Both the position numbers and the translations under genes were made by a program. A stretch of DNA of 64,000 bases, from assembly GCA_963677925.2 (NCBI GenBank), contig CAXXYH010000003.1, positions 1,152,001 to 1,216,000 of the forward strand, in the 5' to 3' direction. This stretch comes from Spirochaetia bacterium. GTDB lineage: Bacteria; Spirochaetota; Spirochaetia; UBA9216. Each line of letters begins with the position of its first letter. Within the stretch, counting starts at the first letter, position 1. Positions 9,400-20,729 of this stretch are shown here, piece after piece. The notes below the pieces were generated by a model that was given only the letters and a program-made list of their open reading frames with translations, did not search any database and was not told the DNA's origin.

Positions 9400-11493
9400 G
9401 TGATCGGAATGAAGGATCTAAAAATTGGAATCAGGCTTATAGTCCTGCTTTCTTTTGTAACTGTATTAGTTCTTGGTACAATAATTATTTTCGTACAGGA
9501 TAGAATTACAAATCTTGCCATGATTGATGCAGAGAGTATAGGCAGTTCAATCTCATCAAAATACAGTGAGGCAGCCGCTTCAGACATTGACCAGGCACTG
9601 GTTACAGCCCTTGTACTTGCAAGAACAGCGGAAGGCCTGCTATTTGCCGAAAACGGAGATTTTTCAAGAGAAGAAGGCTACCGGATCCTTGAAAATGTAT
9701 TAGATAAAGAACCCAGTTTAATTGGAACTTATTTCCTGTTCGAACCTGACCAGTTCGACGGAAAAGACAGTGAATACGCAAATACAATCTATCATGATGC
9801 GAGCGGGAGGTATATTCCATATGCATATCGTGATGAATCCGGCAAGGTTAGTCTGGCACCGCTTGAACTGTATGAGGATCCTGTTGACGGAGCCTACTAT
9901 CAGGATCCAAAAAAGATGAATAAAACGGTGATTCAGCCTCCTTTTTACTATAACGTCGATGGTACCGATGTGCTTATGATCTCAATTTGTGTGCCTGTAA
10001 GGAATCCTTCAGGAATGTTTATCGGCATAGCCGGCTGTGATATAAGCATAGCAGATATAAATGACATATTACAAAACATAAAACCTTATAAGAATTCCGG
10101 TTCACTGACTGCAATCTGGGAAGATGGAACAATAGTCGCCGACAGGAATCCCGATATAGTTGGCGGAAATATAAATTCATTAAATATTTACAGTGCAGGA
10201 ACTATAAATAATATAATGTCAAACGAGGAATTTATAGCAATTGAAACAAGTTCTGTTGACGGCAGCCGTATAATGGTCTGCGGCAGCCATACTCCTCTGA
10301 AAGAAGAAAGTGTTTCAGTGTACATGACTGCCAATATTCCTTATGAGCTGATTATGGAGGAATCTGCAAACGCAATTTTCATTGTAACAGTTATAAGTAT
10401 TTCCGGACTGCTCCTTATTATCATTTTTATTACATTGATTTCACGGCAGATAAGCAGACAGCTGAATCTAGGCGTTAAGTTTTCAAGTGAATTATCAAGC
10501 GGTAATCTGAATGCTTCATTAGATATCGTACAAAAAGATGAAATCGGAGTTTTGGCGGAAAGCCTTAACTCTATGAAAAACCATCTCCTGAGAGTCGTCA
10601 CAGATGTAACAACCTCTGCAGATAATGTTCTTCAGGGCAGCGAGCAGCTCTCAAAAGCTGCAGAACAGATATCTCAGGGCGCTACCGAGCAGGCTTCTAC
10701 AGCAGAAGAAGTTTCCGCTTCAGTAGAGGAAATGAGTGCAAACATTCAGCAGAATACCGATAACGCAGCACAAACTGAGAAGATTGCAAATCAGTCTGCA
10801 CTGGATGCCGGAGAAGGCGGAAATGCGGTTCTGGAGGTTGTTGCTGCGATGAATGCCATTGCCCAGAAGATAGGAGTAGTTGAAGAGATAGCAAGACAGA
10901 CAAATCTGCTGTCCTTGAATGCTGCAATCGAAGCCGCCAGAGCCGGTGAACATGGAAAAGGCTTTGCTGTAGTTGCATCGGAAGTCGGGAAACTGGCTTC
11001 AGTCAGTCAAAACGCTGCTGTTGAAATTCAGGATTTGGCGAATGCAAGTGTAACCAAGGCCAACAAAGCCGGGGAACAGATTAAATCAATGATTCCGGAC
11101 ATTCAGCGAACCTCCGATCTGATTTCTGAAATAAGCGCTTCAAGCAATGAGCAGAATGCCGGCTCTGCACAGATTTCAGAAGCCATCCAGCAGCTTGATC
11201 AGGTAATTCAGCAGAATGCATCACTGGCAGAAGAAACTTCTTCCATGTCGGAGGAATTAACATCCCAGGCTATGCAGTTAAGAGAAATGATCAGCTTTTT
11301 TAAAATAGATAAATTCAGTCAGCATAATATTAATAAGAACAGGAAACCTGAGGTAAAAGCCGTAGAAAAACCTGTATCAAAACCTAAGCCGGTACCGGCT
11401 GAAAAAAAAGAAAAACCTATGCTTCCTCCTAAAGTAGAAACGACCAGGGATCTAACTGAAGATGCTGATGATGACGGATTTGAAGATTTTTAA
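9400..11493 (+). CDS. Methyl-accepting chemotaxis protein with Cache sensor domain
   Basis: Two TM helices, Cache-like periplasmic region, HAMP (DEIGVLA), [34 protein letters not shown]-terminal GFEDF pentapeptide. Confidence 0.95.
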   Translation: MIGMKDLKIGIRLIVLLSFVTVLVLGTIIIFVQDRITNLAMIDAESIGSSISSKYSEAAASDIDQALVTALVLARTAEGLLFAENGDFSREEGYRILENVLDKEPSLIGTYFLFEPDQFDGKDSEYANTIYHDASGRYIPYAYRDESGKVSLAPLELYEDPVDGAYYQDPKKMNKTVIQPPFYYNVDGTDVLMISICVPVRNPSGMFIGIAGCDISIADINDILQNIKPYKNSGSLTAIWEDGTIVADRNPDIVGGNINSLNIYSAGTINNIMSNEEFIAIETSSVDGSRIMVCGSHTPLKEESVSVYMTANIPYELIMEESANAIFIVTVISISGLLLIIIFITLISRQISRQLNLGVKFSSELSSGNLNASLDIVQKDEIGVLAESLNSMKNHLLRVVTDVTTSADNVLQGSEQLSKAAEQISQGATEQASTAEEVSASVEEMSANIQQNTDNAAQTEKIANQSALDAGEGGNAVLEVVAAMNAIAQKIGVVEEIARQTNLLSLNAAIEAARAGEHGKGFAVVASEVGKLASVSQNAAVEIQDLANASVTKANKAGEQIKSMIPDIQRTSDLISEISASSNEQNAGSAQISEAIQQLDQVIQQNASLAEETSSMSEELTSQAMQLREMISFFKIDKFSQHNINKNRKPEVKAVEKPVSKPKPVPAEKKEKPMLPPKVETTRDLTEDADDDGFEDF

Positions 11494-11524
11494 TTAAATA
11501 ACCGATTCAACCGAAGGCTGAAAA

Positions 11525-12751
11525 TCAGGAATGAGTAAGCCTTCGGTTAAAACTGCTGATCAGTGAAAGAAACAGCATAAGTCCGCCTGTTATTAATAGC
11601 AGAAGCTCAATGGATACCGTTTCTGCGAGCGGACCGAAGAGAAGCATGGCCAGAGGCATCATCGATGTAAACAGCATTGTTGATACACTCATCACCCTGC
11701 CAAGGAACTCATCTTCCACAGTCTCCTGCAGCAGTACCATACTCGGAGTATTGTAGAAACCGAAGCCTATTCCGAATATTCCCATTATTCCTAGATAAAC
11801 CCAGAACGGCGGAGCAAAACCGAGAGCCACAGTGCAGAGAGCCATGATATAGACCGATAGAAGCATTGTCCGGAACCTATGCCTGAAACCTCCCCATACA
11901 GCGAGAATCCCGCCGCCGGCAAGCATCCCTGCCGAAAAGAAAACTTCAATCCCGGTAAGTCGCCATACATCGGGTCCATAGGTTCTTGAAGCCTGAAGCG
12001 GAGTCAGAAATGCCGCCGGGGAAATAAGAAAGAGAACAAGTGCAATAAAAACAAAAAACGGAACAAGATAATGATGATTTCCGATATACCTGAACCCGTC
12101 GATCATGTCGCTGAAGTATGAAATTTTATGATCATCAGCCTCAAGCTCTGCCGACTTATATTCCGGAACTATCAGTTTGAGAAAGAAAGCCAGAAGACAA
12201 ACGGCAATTACGGCGGTTACAACATCAATTAAAAATATAAAAAACAGCGGGGTAAAGGCCATCAGTATTCCGCTTACAACCGGTGAACCCAGGCCGACAG
12301 CGGACTGCATTGACGCAAAGATACCGTTGACCCGCATCAGCTTTTCCTTCGGTACAAACTGCGGAAGAAGCGCCCCCACAGCCGGCCCCTGGACTGCAGA
12401 ACCCACAGCACGCAGAGCCGCAGCGGCTATCAGTACCCAGACATTCTCGCCGATGAAGATAAAAATCAGTGCAGCCATAAGGGTAACAAGGGCTATCCCG
12501 CTGTCGCTTATGATTATCAGCTTTTTTCGATCATAACGGTCCGCCCAAACTCCGGCGAAGGGTGAAAGCAGAAATGTTGGAAGAAATCCGGCAACGATGT
12601 AGACTGTCATCATCGTACCTGAACCGGTCTTCAGGGTTACATACCAGATCATCGCATACTGAACAAGGGATGTTCCAAGAAGCGAAATTATCTGACTGGT
12701 TAGAAAGAGGGCTGCTCTGCCCTTCCATCCTGTCTGCTCATCTTTTTTCAT
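11525..12751 (-). CDS. MFS transporter (MefA/macrolide-efflux-like group)
   Basis: Multi-TM; motif A GVWADRYDRKKL; EFLGRVMS. Confidence 0.88.
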   Translation of the reverse strand: MKKDEQTGWKGRAALFLTSQIISLLGTSLVQYAMIWYVTLKTGSGTMMTVYIVAGFLPTFLLSPFAGVWADRYDRKKLIIISDSGIALVTLMAALIFIFIGENVWVLIAAAALRAVGSAVQGPAVGALLPQFVPKEKLMRVNGIFASMQSAVGLGSPVVSGILMAFTPLFFIFLIDVVTAVIAVCLLAFFLKLIVPEYKSAELEADDHKISYFSDMIDGFRYIGNHHYLVPFFVFIALVLFLISPAAFLTPLQASRTYGPDVWRLTGIEVFFSAGMLAGGGILAVWGGFRHRFRTMLLSVYIMALCTVALGFAPPFWVYLGIMGIFGIGFGFYNTPSMVLLQETVEDEFLGRVMSVSTMLFTSMMPLAMLLFGPLAETVSIELLLLITGGLMLFLSLISSFNRRLTHS

Positions 12752-12795
12752 AGAAGCTGATTATATACTCACTTCATGCGGCAGACAAGCTCTCA

Positions 12796-14421
12796 CTAGT
12801 GCAGACTGTGCTCTGTTTTTTCGAGGTAATAATCGTATCCGCCCTCGTAGATCCGCATTGCCCCGTTATCTATCTCAAACACCCGGTTTACCAGGTGTTT
12901 GAGGAAGTATCGGTCGTGACTGACAATCATAACTGTACCTTCAAACTCCTGAAGCGCCTCAAGCAGAACTTCACGGCTGGCAATATCAAGGTGGTTAGTC
13001 GGTTCGTCAAAGACTAGGAAGTTTACCGGCTGGGCAAGAATAGTGGCAAGCACTACCCTGCTCTTCTCACCGCCTGAAAGTACTGAAATTTTCTTGTCAG
13101 CGTCATCTCCGGAAAACTGGAAGGCTCCAAGCAGGTTTTTGATATAGCCTATGCTTGCAAGCGGAAGCCTGGAGCTGACCTCTTCAAATATAGTATTTTC
13201 CGGGTTCAGCAGATCTGATGAATACTGACTGAAATAGCCGAGGTTTACGCTGGCTCCCAGTGTGCTGCTGCCCTCAGTTGCTTCCGTCATTTCACAGATA
13301 ACCTTGAGAAAGCTGGATTTTCCGGCTCCGTTGACACCTGTTACAGCTATTTTATTCAGCCGCTCTACCGTTCCCGTGATTCCGCTGAATACGGGAGTCT
13401 CGCTGCCGTCATCATTAATCCATTTCTTTCCAAGCCCGTTCATCTCAACAACCTTGTCGCCGCTGCGTTTGACTGAATCAAAACTGAACTTCATAACCTT
13501 AGGTTCAGGCGGAACAACAATACGCTCAATCTTCTCGATTGTTTTGATTCTGGACTGAACCTGAGCTGCGTGCGATGCACGGGCGGCAAACTTTGCAATA
13601 AACTCTTCTTCCTTGGCAAGCATTGCCTGCTGCCGCTTCTGGGCTGCAACAAGCTGTTCCCTCCTGATAACCCGCTCACGCAGATAGAAATCGTAATCCC
13701 CGGAATAGGTGGTTATTGTGCCTGGTGAAACCTCAACAGTCTTTGAGCAGAGTCTTGTCATAAACTCACGGTCATGGCTGGTCATCACAAGGATTCCCTT
13801 GAATGAGTTAAGCCAGGATTCAAGCCAGACTATAGATTCAACATCGAGGTGGTTGGTAGGTTCGTCCATCAGAAGAACATCAGGATTGAGCAGAAGGATT
13901 CTGGCAAGGGCTATGCGCATTTTCCATCCTCCGCTGAAGCTTTCAACCGGCTGGTCACGCCTTTCCCCGTCTATCCCCAGACCGTCAAGAACGGTTTCAG
14001 CCCTGTTTTCAAGCTCGTAGCCGTCGAGGTCCATAAACTCCATCTGAATTTCACCGTAGCGTTCCATCTCGGAGTCGCTGAGTCCGCCGCTTTCAGGATC
14101 ACTCATCCGGTGTTCAAGATCGGCCAGCTGCAGGCTCAGTTCATACACCCGGCCTGCACCGGCAAGAGCTTCTTCCAGGGCAGTCCGTCCGCTCATCTCT
14201 CCGACGTCCTGGGAGAAATATCCAATTACCTTACCGGATTCAATATTTACGGTTCCTTCATCAGGAGTTTCCTCACCCGATATCAGCCTGAATATCGTGG
14301 TCTTTCCCGAACCGTTGGGACCGACCAGACCGATTTTTTCACCGGGGTTTATCTGAACATCAGCCCCGGAGAACAGGGTTCTGCCGCCGTAGCTCATGCG
14401 TATTTTAGAGAGATTTATCAT
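12796..14421 (-). CDS. ABC-F family ATP-binding protein
   Basis: Two ABC cassettes (GPNGSGKT, FSGGWKMR, DEPTNHLD; GVNGAGKS, LSGGEKSR), no TM segments. Confidence 0.93.
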   Translation of the reverse strand: MINLSKIRMSYGGRTLFSGADVQINPGEKIGLVGPNGSGKTTIFRLISGEETPDEGTVNIESGKVIGYFSQDVGEMSGRTALEEALAGAGRVYELSLQLADLEHRMSDPESGGLSDSEMERYGEIQMEFMDLDGYELENRAETVLDGLGIDGERRDQPVESFSGGWKMRIALARILLLNPDVLLMDEPTNHLDVESIVWLESWLNSFKGILVMTSHDREFMTRLCSKTVEVSPGTITTYSGDYDFYLRERVIRREQLVAAQKRQQAMLAKEEEFIAKFAARASHAAQVQSRIKTIEKIERIVVPPEPKVMKFSFDSVKRSGDKVVEMNGLGKKWINDDGSETPVFSGITGTVERLNKIAVTGVNGAGKSSFLKVICEMTEATEGSSTLGASVNLGYFSQYSSDLLNPENTIFEEVSSRLPLASIGYIKNLLGAFQFSGDDADKKISVLSGGEKSRVVLATILAQPVNFLVFDEPTNHLDIASREVLLEALQEFEGTVMIVSHDRYFLKHLVNRVFEIDNGAMRIYEGGYDYYLEKTEHSLH

Positions 14422-14657
14422 TAAAAGTCCTTGCTTATGTATTCCTGTTAATTCTGTACTGAGGGGAAAGTTTAACTATAATTATGCAGGATTGTCAAAG
14501 GGCAGAACTTTCAATTCTGATAAGTTTAACAGAGATAAGCATCCCGGAAATACTGACAGCCGCTTAAAATGAAAGCCGCGGCCGGGGCAGTAATAATCAA
14601 CACATTACTTATTTTTCGTATTTTCACTTAAACAATTCCTTTACTTTACATGTTAAA

Positions 14658-16250
14658 TCAGAAAGCGGTTATTTCAACCGGTGATGTTCTTGTTGTCTCA
14701 GTGCCGTCCCCAAGCTGGCCGAACCAATTGCTGCCCCAGGCATATAAATCCCCATCGGCTGACATTGCCATTGAATGCCCCGAACCGGAGCCGATGTTTT
14801 TAATTCCGCTGATTCCGTCAATTAATTCAGGACTTAAGCAGCTTCCCTCATCTCCATTCCCAAGGCCGCCGCTTGAATCGTTTCCCCATGACCAGACTTC
14901 TCCTGATTCCGTAAGTGCAATTTCATGGGTCGATCCTGAAACAACAGATACCACTCCTGTAATATCTGATACATTTACCGGTTCATAGCTGTATTTGTTT
15001 GAAAGTGAGCCATTACCGTCGCCCAGCTGGCCATAGCGGTTATAACCCCAGGCCTTCAGAGTTTTATCTGTCTGAATAACAAACACTGAGCACCAGTTGC
15101 TGCCGTCACTGTAGGTACCTCCGCATGAAATGCCGATAACACCTGAGACTCCGCTTACCTGAGAAGCATAATGTCTTTCCGAAACACCGCCTGCACCGAG
15201 AGCTCCGTATCCGTTCTCACCCCAGGTCCATACGGTTCCGTCATCCTTCAAGGCTACAGAAAGATGTCCGCTGGCACATATCTCCACAATATCTGAAAGA
15301 GGGGTTTCGCCATCTTCAAGAAGAACCTGAACCGGAGCAGTCCTGTCATCCGTCGAATTATCACCCAGCTGACCGTTCAGATTATCTCCCCAGGTGAACA
15401 CTGTTCCGCTCTCACCCAGAGCCATGGAATGCTCCATACCGGCACTGATAGAAACAATATCCTCCAAATCAAGCTTAACCGGAGAGCTCCTGTCTGCAGT
15501 ATCGCCAAGCCCCAGCTGCCCCTCTGAGTTTGCTCCCCAGCTCCAGACAGTACCGTCATTTTTAAGTGCAAGTGAATGCAAATCACCGGCAGCAACTTCG
15601 AGAATATCGGTTAAATCCGGGATTACAGCCGGTAGTACAGTATCGTCGGTTGATCCGTCTCCAAGCTGGCCGTTATAATTACGGCCCCAGCTTTTTACTG
15701 TTCCGCTATCTGTCACTGCAAGCGTAAAACTGCTGCCTCCGTCTATAATTATTCTGCTTGAAACAGCTGTATTTACTGTAAAACTCCTGATACCGCTTGT
15801 ATAAACCGAACCGTCAGAGCCTGTGACAGTACCGGACCAGTAGAAGGTTTTGCATTCGGTTATGACTCCCTTGCTCAGGGTATATGAAGGACTGTCTGTT
15901 CCGGACAGATTTATAAGCGGAGAAGAAAGGTCACTGTTCTCTGATAAAATAAACCCATACGAGGAAACAACAGAAGCAGATTTAGCCTTGATTGAAAATA
16001 CAGGTGTCGAAGTAGTAACTTCCGCCCCGTCTTCAGGTTCAAGAAGGATAATCTCATCTGCATCAAGGTAGTCCCCGATTCCGTCACCGTCTGTATCAGT
16101 TGATTCCTCGCCGCAGTAAAAGGTACTCTGCGGGTCTACAGAATTTTCAAAAACAAATGAATCCAGGTTCGCAGGACTTATTACATCACAGGCTGTAAAA
16201 AATACCGCAACAGCGGCAGGCAGCAGTACTTGTATGAGATACTTTTTCAT
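14658..16250 (-). CDS. Lipoprotein with RCC1-repeat beta-propeller
   Basis: Lipobox FFTAC; DTDGDGIGD Ca-binding-like motif; repeated WGxNxxGQLGxG. Confidence 0.9.
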   Translation of the reverse strand: MKKYLIQVLLPAAVAVFFTACDVISPANLDSFVFENSVDPQSTFYCGEESTDTDGDGIGDYLDADEIILLEPEDGAEVTTSTPVFSIKAKSASVVSSYGFILSENSDLSSPLINLSGTDSPSYTLSKGVITECKTFYWSGTVTGSDGSVYTSGIRSFTVNTAVSSRIIIDGGSSFTLAVTDSGTVKSWGRNYNGQLGDGSTDDTVLPAVIPDLTDILEVAAGDLHSLALKNDGTVWSWGANSEGQLGLGDTADRSSPVKLDLEDIVSISAGMEHSMALGESGTVFTWGDNLNGQLGDNSTDDRTAPVQVLLEDGETPLSDIVEICASGHLSVALKDDGTVWTWGENGYGALGAGGVSERHYASQVSGVSGVIGISCGGTYSDGSNWCSVFVIQTDKTLKAWGYNRYGQLGDGNGSLSNKYSYEPVNVSDITGVVSVVSGSTHEIALTESGEVWSWGNDSSGGLGNGDEGSCLSPELIDGISGIKNIGSGSGHSMAMSADGDLYAWGSNWFGQLGDGTETTRTSPVEITAF

Positions 16251-17812
16251 TATTTCGCTCCTTCACTCAAAGAGGCAATCTGTTCATCTATTTTATTTAT
16301 AGATGGTCTTACAAATAGAAAGGTCAGTCCGCCCGCAGCACCGGCACCGGAACATATCAGTGCAATATTCCGGTACAGCCTGTAGCTTTCAACTGCAGTA
16401 AGATTTGCACTTACTGCATCATGCAGAGTCTCTGCTTCAGAGGAAAGTGTGGCCGAATTATAGGCGGTGTAATTGCTGTCAAGTTCAGTTTTTTCTGATG
16501 CAATAAGAGCCTCAAAAACACCTGAGACAATTCCGGACGCCGCAGCAATACTGAAAGAGGAAATCATGCTTATATTCAGACGCCTGCGCGCTTCAATAGC
16601 TGCAGTTCTTTGAGCTTCCAGCTCTTCAAGCTTTTCCACAGTTAGAAATTGATCTGTGTGAATCAGAAGCGGAGATATTTCCTGAAGAGTACCGGCCTTA
16701 AGAGAAAGAGAATCGGTATATGTCTGATAATCGTCATGAGTGACCTCAAGAATATATTCTCCCGGCGGAACAGTTATTAAATCTTCAGTGAACTGATATT
16801 CTCCTGTATCATCAGATATAAGCCGGGATGATGAGTGCTCAGGCGCATTTAGTAATACATCGGCACCCTTAATTAAACTGAGACTTACAGCCGAAGTACG
16901 CCCGGTGATTATTTCGGTTTGTCCCTCGTAATACCAGCAGTTACCCCTGACTCTCAAACTGTACAGTCCCACAGGCAGATTTTTATTAAGCCCCGCTTCC
17001 AGCGGTATATCATCAAGAAAAATGGTATAGCCTTCCGCATTTTTATTGTTTATCTTCACAAGCAGATTCCCGCGCAGGAGGGCATTATCAGCAATAACTT
17101 CGGTAACATCGGTTGTATTTACATTTATCTGATTTTCAAAAACATATTCATTTGATTCCGCTTTTATAACATGAACTCCGAAATCTACTTCATTTATCAC
17201 CAGCGGGGTTTGTCCAACACTCTTCCCGTCAAGAGAAACCTCCAGCTCCATACCGTCAGGAGCAGTTATATATAAAGAGCCCTTTTCCTTAACTGCTAGA
17301 TCTGAACCTGCAATATATTTCAGACCGGCTATATTATAAGCGGCGGTAAATGACTGTTTCTGAAGATTCTCCAGATTATCAATATTAATAACCTCTGCTC
17401 TTTCAATATTTCCTTTCTCAACATCAACAAGCCTGATCGTAAGAACCATTGCTTCGCCGATACCGTCAAGAGAGCCCACAACAATCTTCTCTGCAGACAA
17501 AAGTTCACCGATCTCTATCGCACAGGAATCATCAGTACAGCCTGACAGACTGAATGCCTGAGCCTCAAGTATTTCTTCAACATCGGTATAGCTCATAACC
17601 GAAAAAGCCCCGGTCTTAATCAGTGCGGCTTCCAGAATATTTCTGCAGGTAGAGGCAATTGATTCAGATACACCCTTTGCCTCAATCGCCGGTACAGCAA
17701 GGACCTTTTTGTCTTCTGAAAATATAGCTGATGGAAAGCTGATAATCAGCAGAAGCAGAGCCAGAATAATCTTTCCTGATTTCATATTACTGACAGGTTT
17801 AACTTTTTTCAT
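16250..17812 (-). CDS. Exported PEGA-domain protein with CsgG/TolB-N-like N-terminal domain
   Basis: Signal peptide; EAQAFSLSGCTDDSCAIEIGELL; VSLDGKSVGQTPL PEGA motif; hydrophobic C-terminal segments; stop overlaps next ATG. Confidence 0.8.
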   Translation of the reverse strand: MKKVKPVSNMKSGKIILALLLLIISFPSAIFSEDKKVLAVPAIEAKGVSESIASTCRNILEAALIKTGAFSVMSYTDVEEILEAQAFSLSGCTDDSCAIEIGELLSAEKIVVGSLDGIGEAMVLTIRLVDVEKGNIERAEVINIDNLENLQKQSFTAAYNIAGLKYIAGSDLAVKEKGSLYITAPDGMELEVSLDGKSVGQTPLVINEVDFGVHVIKAESNEYVFENQINVNTTDVTEVIADNALLRGNLLVKINNKNAEGYTIFLDDIPLEAGLNKNLPVGLYSLRVRGNCWYYEGQTEIITGRTSAVSLSLIKGADVLLNAPEHSSSRLISDDTGEYQFTEDLITVPPGEYILEVTHDDYQTYTDSLSLKAGTLQEISPLLIHTDQFLTVEKLEELEAQRTAAIEARRRLNISMISSFSIAAASGIVSGVFEALIASEKTELDSNYTAYNSATLSSEAETLHDAVSANLTAVESYRLYRNIALICSGAGAAGGLTFLFVRPSINKIDEQIASLSEGAK

Positions 17813-17855
17813 AGATTTCCCTCTTGTACGTATAGGATGAGGCTACTATGAGTAT

Positions 17856-17899
17856 GTAAATGCTGAATTAACAGAATGTTAACAGCATGTGAACAAAAA
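17856..17899. promoter_or_regulatory. 11-bp-periodic direct repeats, candidate OmpR-family binding site (array 1)
   Basis: gtaaatgctga attaacagaat gttaacagcat gtgaacaaaaa in the divergent PEGA / response regulator intergenic region. Confidence 0.6.
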
Positions 17900-17937
17900 A
17901 AATTATAGTATTGACATGAAACGTTCAGAGTAAAATA

Positions 17938-18657
17938 ATGGATTCAATTATGAAAAATAGAAACATCAGTGTTCTGCTTCTGGAAGATAATCCCGCTCAA
18001 TACGCCTTGCTTTCCGCATATCTTGAAAAGGAAAACTTCAAAGTTGTTCATGCTGACTGCATTAAAACCTTCAAAAAGCTTATAGAGACTGAAAACATTG
18101 ATCTTGTCCTGCTTGATCTTAACCTTCCGGACGGTGACGGACTGCAGCTGGTAAAAAATATTAAATCAGTACACAGGCTTCCGGTTATCATAATTACATC
18201 ACGCGACACAATAGAAGACAGGGTTATCGGTCTTGAAACGGGTGCCGATGATTATATCTGCAAACCCTACCATCCCAGAGAACTTATAATCCGGGTTTAT
18301 AAACTTCTTAATTCTGAAACAGAAAGCGGTGCTGATGCTCCGGATAAAATAATGCTTAATGATTACCTTTTCGATGAGGAAGCTCACTGCTTCCTGGATA
18401 AAGGCCGAAACTGCATCAAGCTTACTCCTGGTGAATATACAATTATGACATCACTGTTAAAAAATAACGGGCGCATATTATCCAGAAGCCAGCTTATAGA
18501 TACCGCTTTCAGCAGAATTGAATATCCGACAGACAGAAGCATAGATGTTCTTATATCCCGCCTTCGAAAAAAATTCCCGCTAGCCACCGGCGAACCTGAA
18601 ATAATTGAAACGGTAAAAGGCTTCGGCTACCGGATAAACAGGAATGTTCTAAAATAA
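17938..18657 (+). CDS. OmpR/PhoB-family response regulator
   Basis: REC (LLED, DLNLPDGDG, GADDYICKP) plus winged helix (RSIDVLISRLRKK, ETVKGFGY). Confidence 0.95.
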   Translation: MDSIMKNRNISVLLLEDNPAQYALLSAYLEKENFKVVHADCIKTFKKLIETENIDLVLLDLNLPDGDGLQLVKNIKSVHRLPVIIITSRDTIEDRVIGLETGADDYICKPYHPRELIIRVYKLLNSETESGADAPDKIMLNDYLFDEEAHCFLDKGRNCIKLTPGEYTIMTSLLKNNGRILSRSQLIDTAFSRIEYPTDRSIDVLISRLRKKFPLATGEPEIIETVKGFGYRINRNVLK

Positions 18658-20568
18658 GTCTGCAAAAACACTCAGGAAGGGATATCCGCCGTTGACTGAA
18701 CTGTCGATATCCCAGATATCACCTGTACCTGTATCATCATCAGGATCCCCGGCAAAATCCCATGCTGTTTCCAGATCATCTCTTTCAGCTCCCTCACTGT
18801 CTGTAGTTTTGGTAAAAGTAGACCGGCTTGTCATTTCATAGCTTGTTTTTGCTGTCCCCTTCCCGGTATCAGTCATGCCGGTAGTTTCTGAATCATAAAA
18901 GCAATCAGTTACTGTTCCTGAATTAAGTCCTGCGACGCCTCCGGTATCACTGCTGCCGGAGACCGCTCCTGAAGCATATGAATAAGAAACTGTACTGTTG
19001 CTATTGTTACCGACAAGTCCACCTACTGAACCGTTCCCTGTGACAGTTCCTGCTGCATAGCAATTGGTCACAATACTGCTGTTTAAATTAAGACCGACGA
19101 GGCCGCCGACCTGAGTCAGTGAACCTTTAACGGTACATTCAGAATAGCAGCTTGATATTTCACCGCCGGAGTTATTCAGCCCTGCCAGACCGCCTATGTA
19201 ATAATATCCTTTACCTGTTACAGAACCGGCAGAACGGCAATACTCAATGACTCCGTCATAGTTTAACCCGGCTATTCCTCCGCAGTACCCCGTACCGGTA
19301 ATCGAAGAGTCAGAGTATGAATATTCAATATTTCCGTTAGAGTTATACCCAACCAGTCCGCCGCTGCGATACGAAGAACCGGTTACCGTTGCTGTACTGT
19401 AAGAGTTTGTAATTGTACCGCTATTATATCCGGCCAGACCTCCTGTATTGTAAACCCCGGAAACGGTTCCTGACGCGTAACAGCTGCTTATCTTACCGCT
19501 AAGATCTCCTGCAATAGCACCTGTATTTTCACCGCCTTCGACATCGGCATCAGTAAGCCCAAGCATGTATACATCTCCGCTCAGCGAGCCGAACAGCCCC
19601 TGATAGTCGTCACTTGAACTGATTTCAAGATTTGAGATCGTACGGTTATTACCGTTTAACTTGCCTGAAAATTTTGAACTTCCATCATTACCGTAATTTC
19701 CCAGAGGGGTCCAGCTCACAGCGTCAAGATCTATATCGTTCATAAGCATGAAGGCTCCGGAAAGTGAATTATTCATATTCTGCAGCTCTTGTGCGGTACT
19801 CACAAGGGTATAACTGTCTGAGCTTCCGGAGGCCGAGGTCCTGATGTAATTGATAACTGCATCAGAGCTGGTTTTATCATCATACAGGCCGGACATACTG
19901 ACAGTATAAATAGTTTCCGATTCCAGGCTGTCAAAAGTAAATGTCCCGGCACCGGGAGCGAAGTTACCGCTTGAGCTTGAATTACCATCAGTTATTTTAA
20001 AGACAATTCTATACAATTCTTCATCCTGCAGATCTGCCAGCGTAATTGCAATGGAACTTGAGGTCGTTGATATACCGGCAATATTATCCTGAGTAAGCGA
20101 ATCCGAATGATCGGCAGCCGTTTGCGGAAAAACAGCTGTAATAATACCGGAATCAGCAGCATTGCTGACCGAAGAAGCCCCGCTAACTGTAAAAAAATCA
20201 GCAGTCAGCCCTGTAAAAGTATAAGCATCTTTAGCGGTAAGCGTGATTGTCGATGTGTATACTGTTTCAGCCTCAAAGGCTGCAGGTGAATCCGACCAGG
20301 AAACCCTTCCGGTGTATTCATCAGTCTCTGTCACCGAGGTAACCGGAGTCTGTCCGAAAACCGGAACCGCTACACCGTTTATGTCATGGATTGTAATGAG
20401 AGTATCGCTGCCGTCATCTGTTGCAGAACTGTCTGTATCTGTATCTGCGTCCGTATATGTCAGTTCTGAATCAGGGTCATCAATTATCAGACCGTCATCG
20501 CATGCCATAAAGACAGCTGATAGAAACACTGCGAGTAAAATATAAAAAAAACTACATTTTCTTTTCAT
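18649..20568 (-). CDS. Lipoprotein with GLUG-motif repeats
   Basis: Lipobox VFMAC; FSGKLNGNNRTISNL; repeated GGLAGxN...I..CY..G.V.G; NGGYPFL. Confidence 0.88.
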   Translation of the reverse strand: MKRKCSFFYILLAVFLSAVFMACDDGLIIDDPDSELTYTDADTDTDSSATDDGSDTLITIHDINGVAVPVFGQTPVTSVTETDEYTGRVSWSDSPAAFEAETVYTSTITLTAKDAYTFTGLTADFFTVSGASSVSNAADSGIITAVFPQTAADHSDSLTQDNIAGISTTSSSIAITLADLQDEELYRIVFKITDGNSSSSGNFAPGAGTFTFDSLESETIYTVSMSGLYDDKTSSDAVINYIRTSASGSSDSYTLVSTAQELQNMNNSLSGAFMLMNDIDLDAVSWTPLGNYGNDGSSKFSGKLNGNNRTISNLEISSSDDYQGLFGSLSGDVYMLGLTDADVEGGENTGAIAGDLSGKISSCYASGTVSGVYNTGGLAGYNSGTITNSYSTATVTGSSYRSGGLVGYNSNGNIEYSYSDSSITGTGYCGGIAGLNYDGVIEYCRSAGSVTGKGYYYIGGLAGLNNSGGEISSCYSECTVKGSLTQVGGLVGLNLNSSIVTNCYAAGTVTGNGSVGGLVGNNSNSTVSYSYASGAVSGSSDTGGVAGLNSGTVTDCFYDSETTGMTDTGKGTAKTSYEMTSRSTFTKTTDSEGAERDDLETAWDFAGDPDDDTGTGDIWDIDSSVNGGYPFLSVFADLF

Positions 20569-20620
20569 CCCGAATACTCCGATTGTTATAAATTTCTATT
20601 CCTGAACGTACCAGCGGTGT

Positions 20621-20664
20621 GTAAACAGAAAAGCAACCGTATGTTAACAGTAGGTAAATATGTA
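20621..20664. promoter_or_regulatory. 11-bp-periodic direct repeats, candidate OmpR-family binding site (array 2)
   Basis: gtaaacagaaa agcaaccgtat gttaacagtag gtaaatatgta in the divergent GLUG / kinase intergenic region. Confidence 0.55.
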
Positions 20665-20729
20665 TTAAATTGATTGACATTGATAACAAGCTGAAAAATA
20701 ATACTGATAAAAGAAAAGGCAGCTCTGAA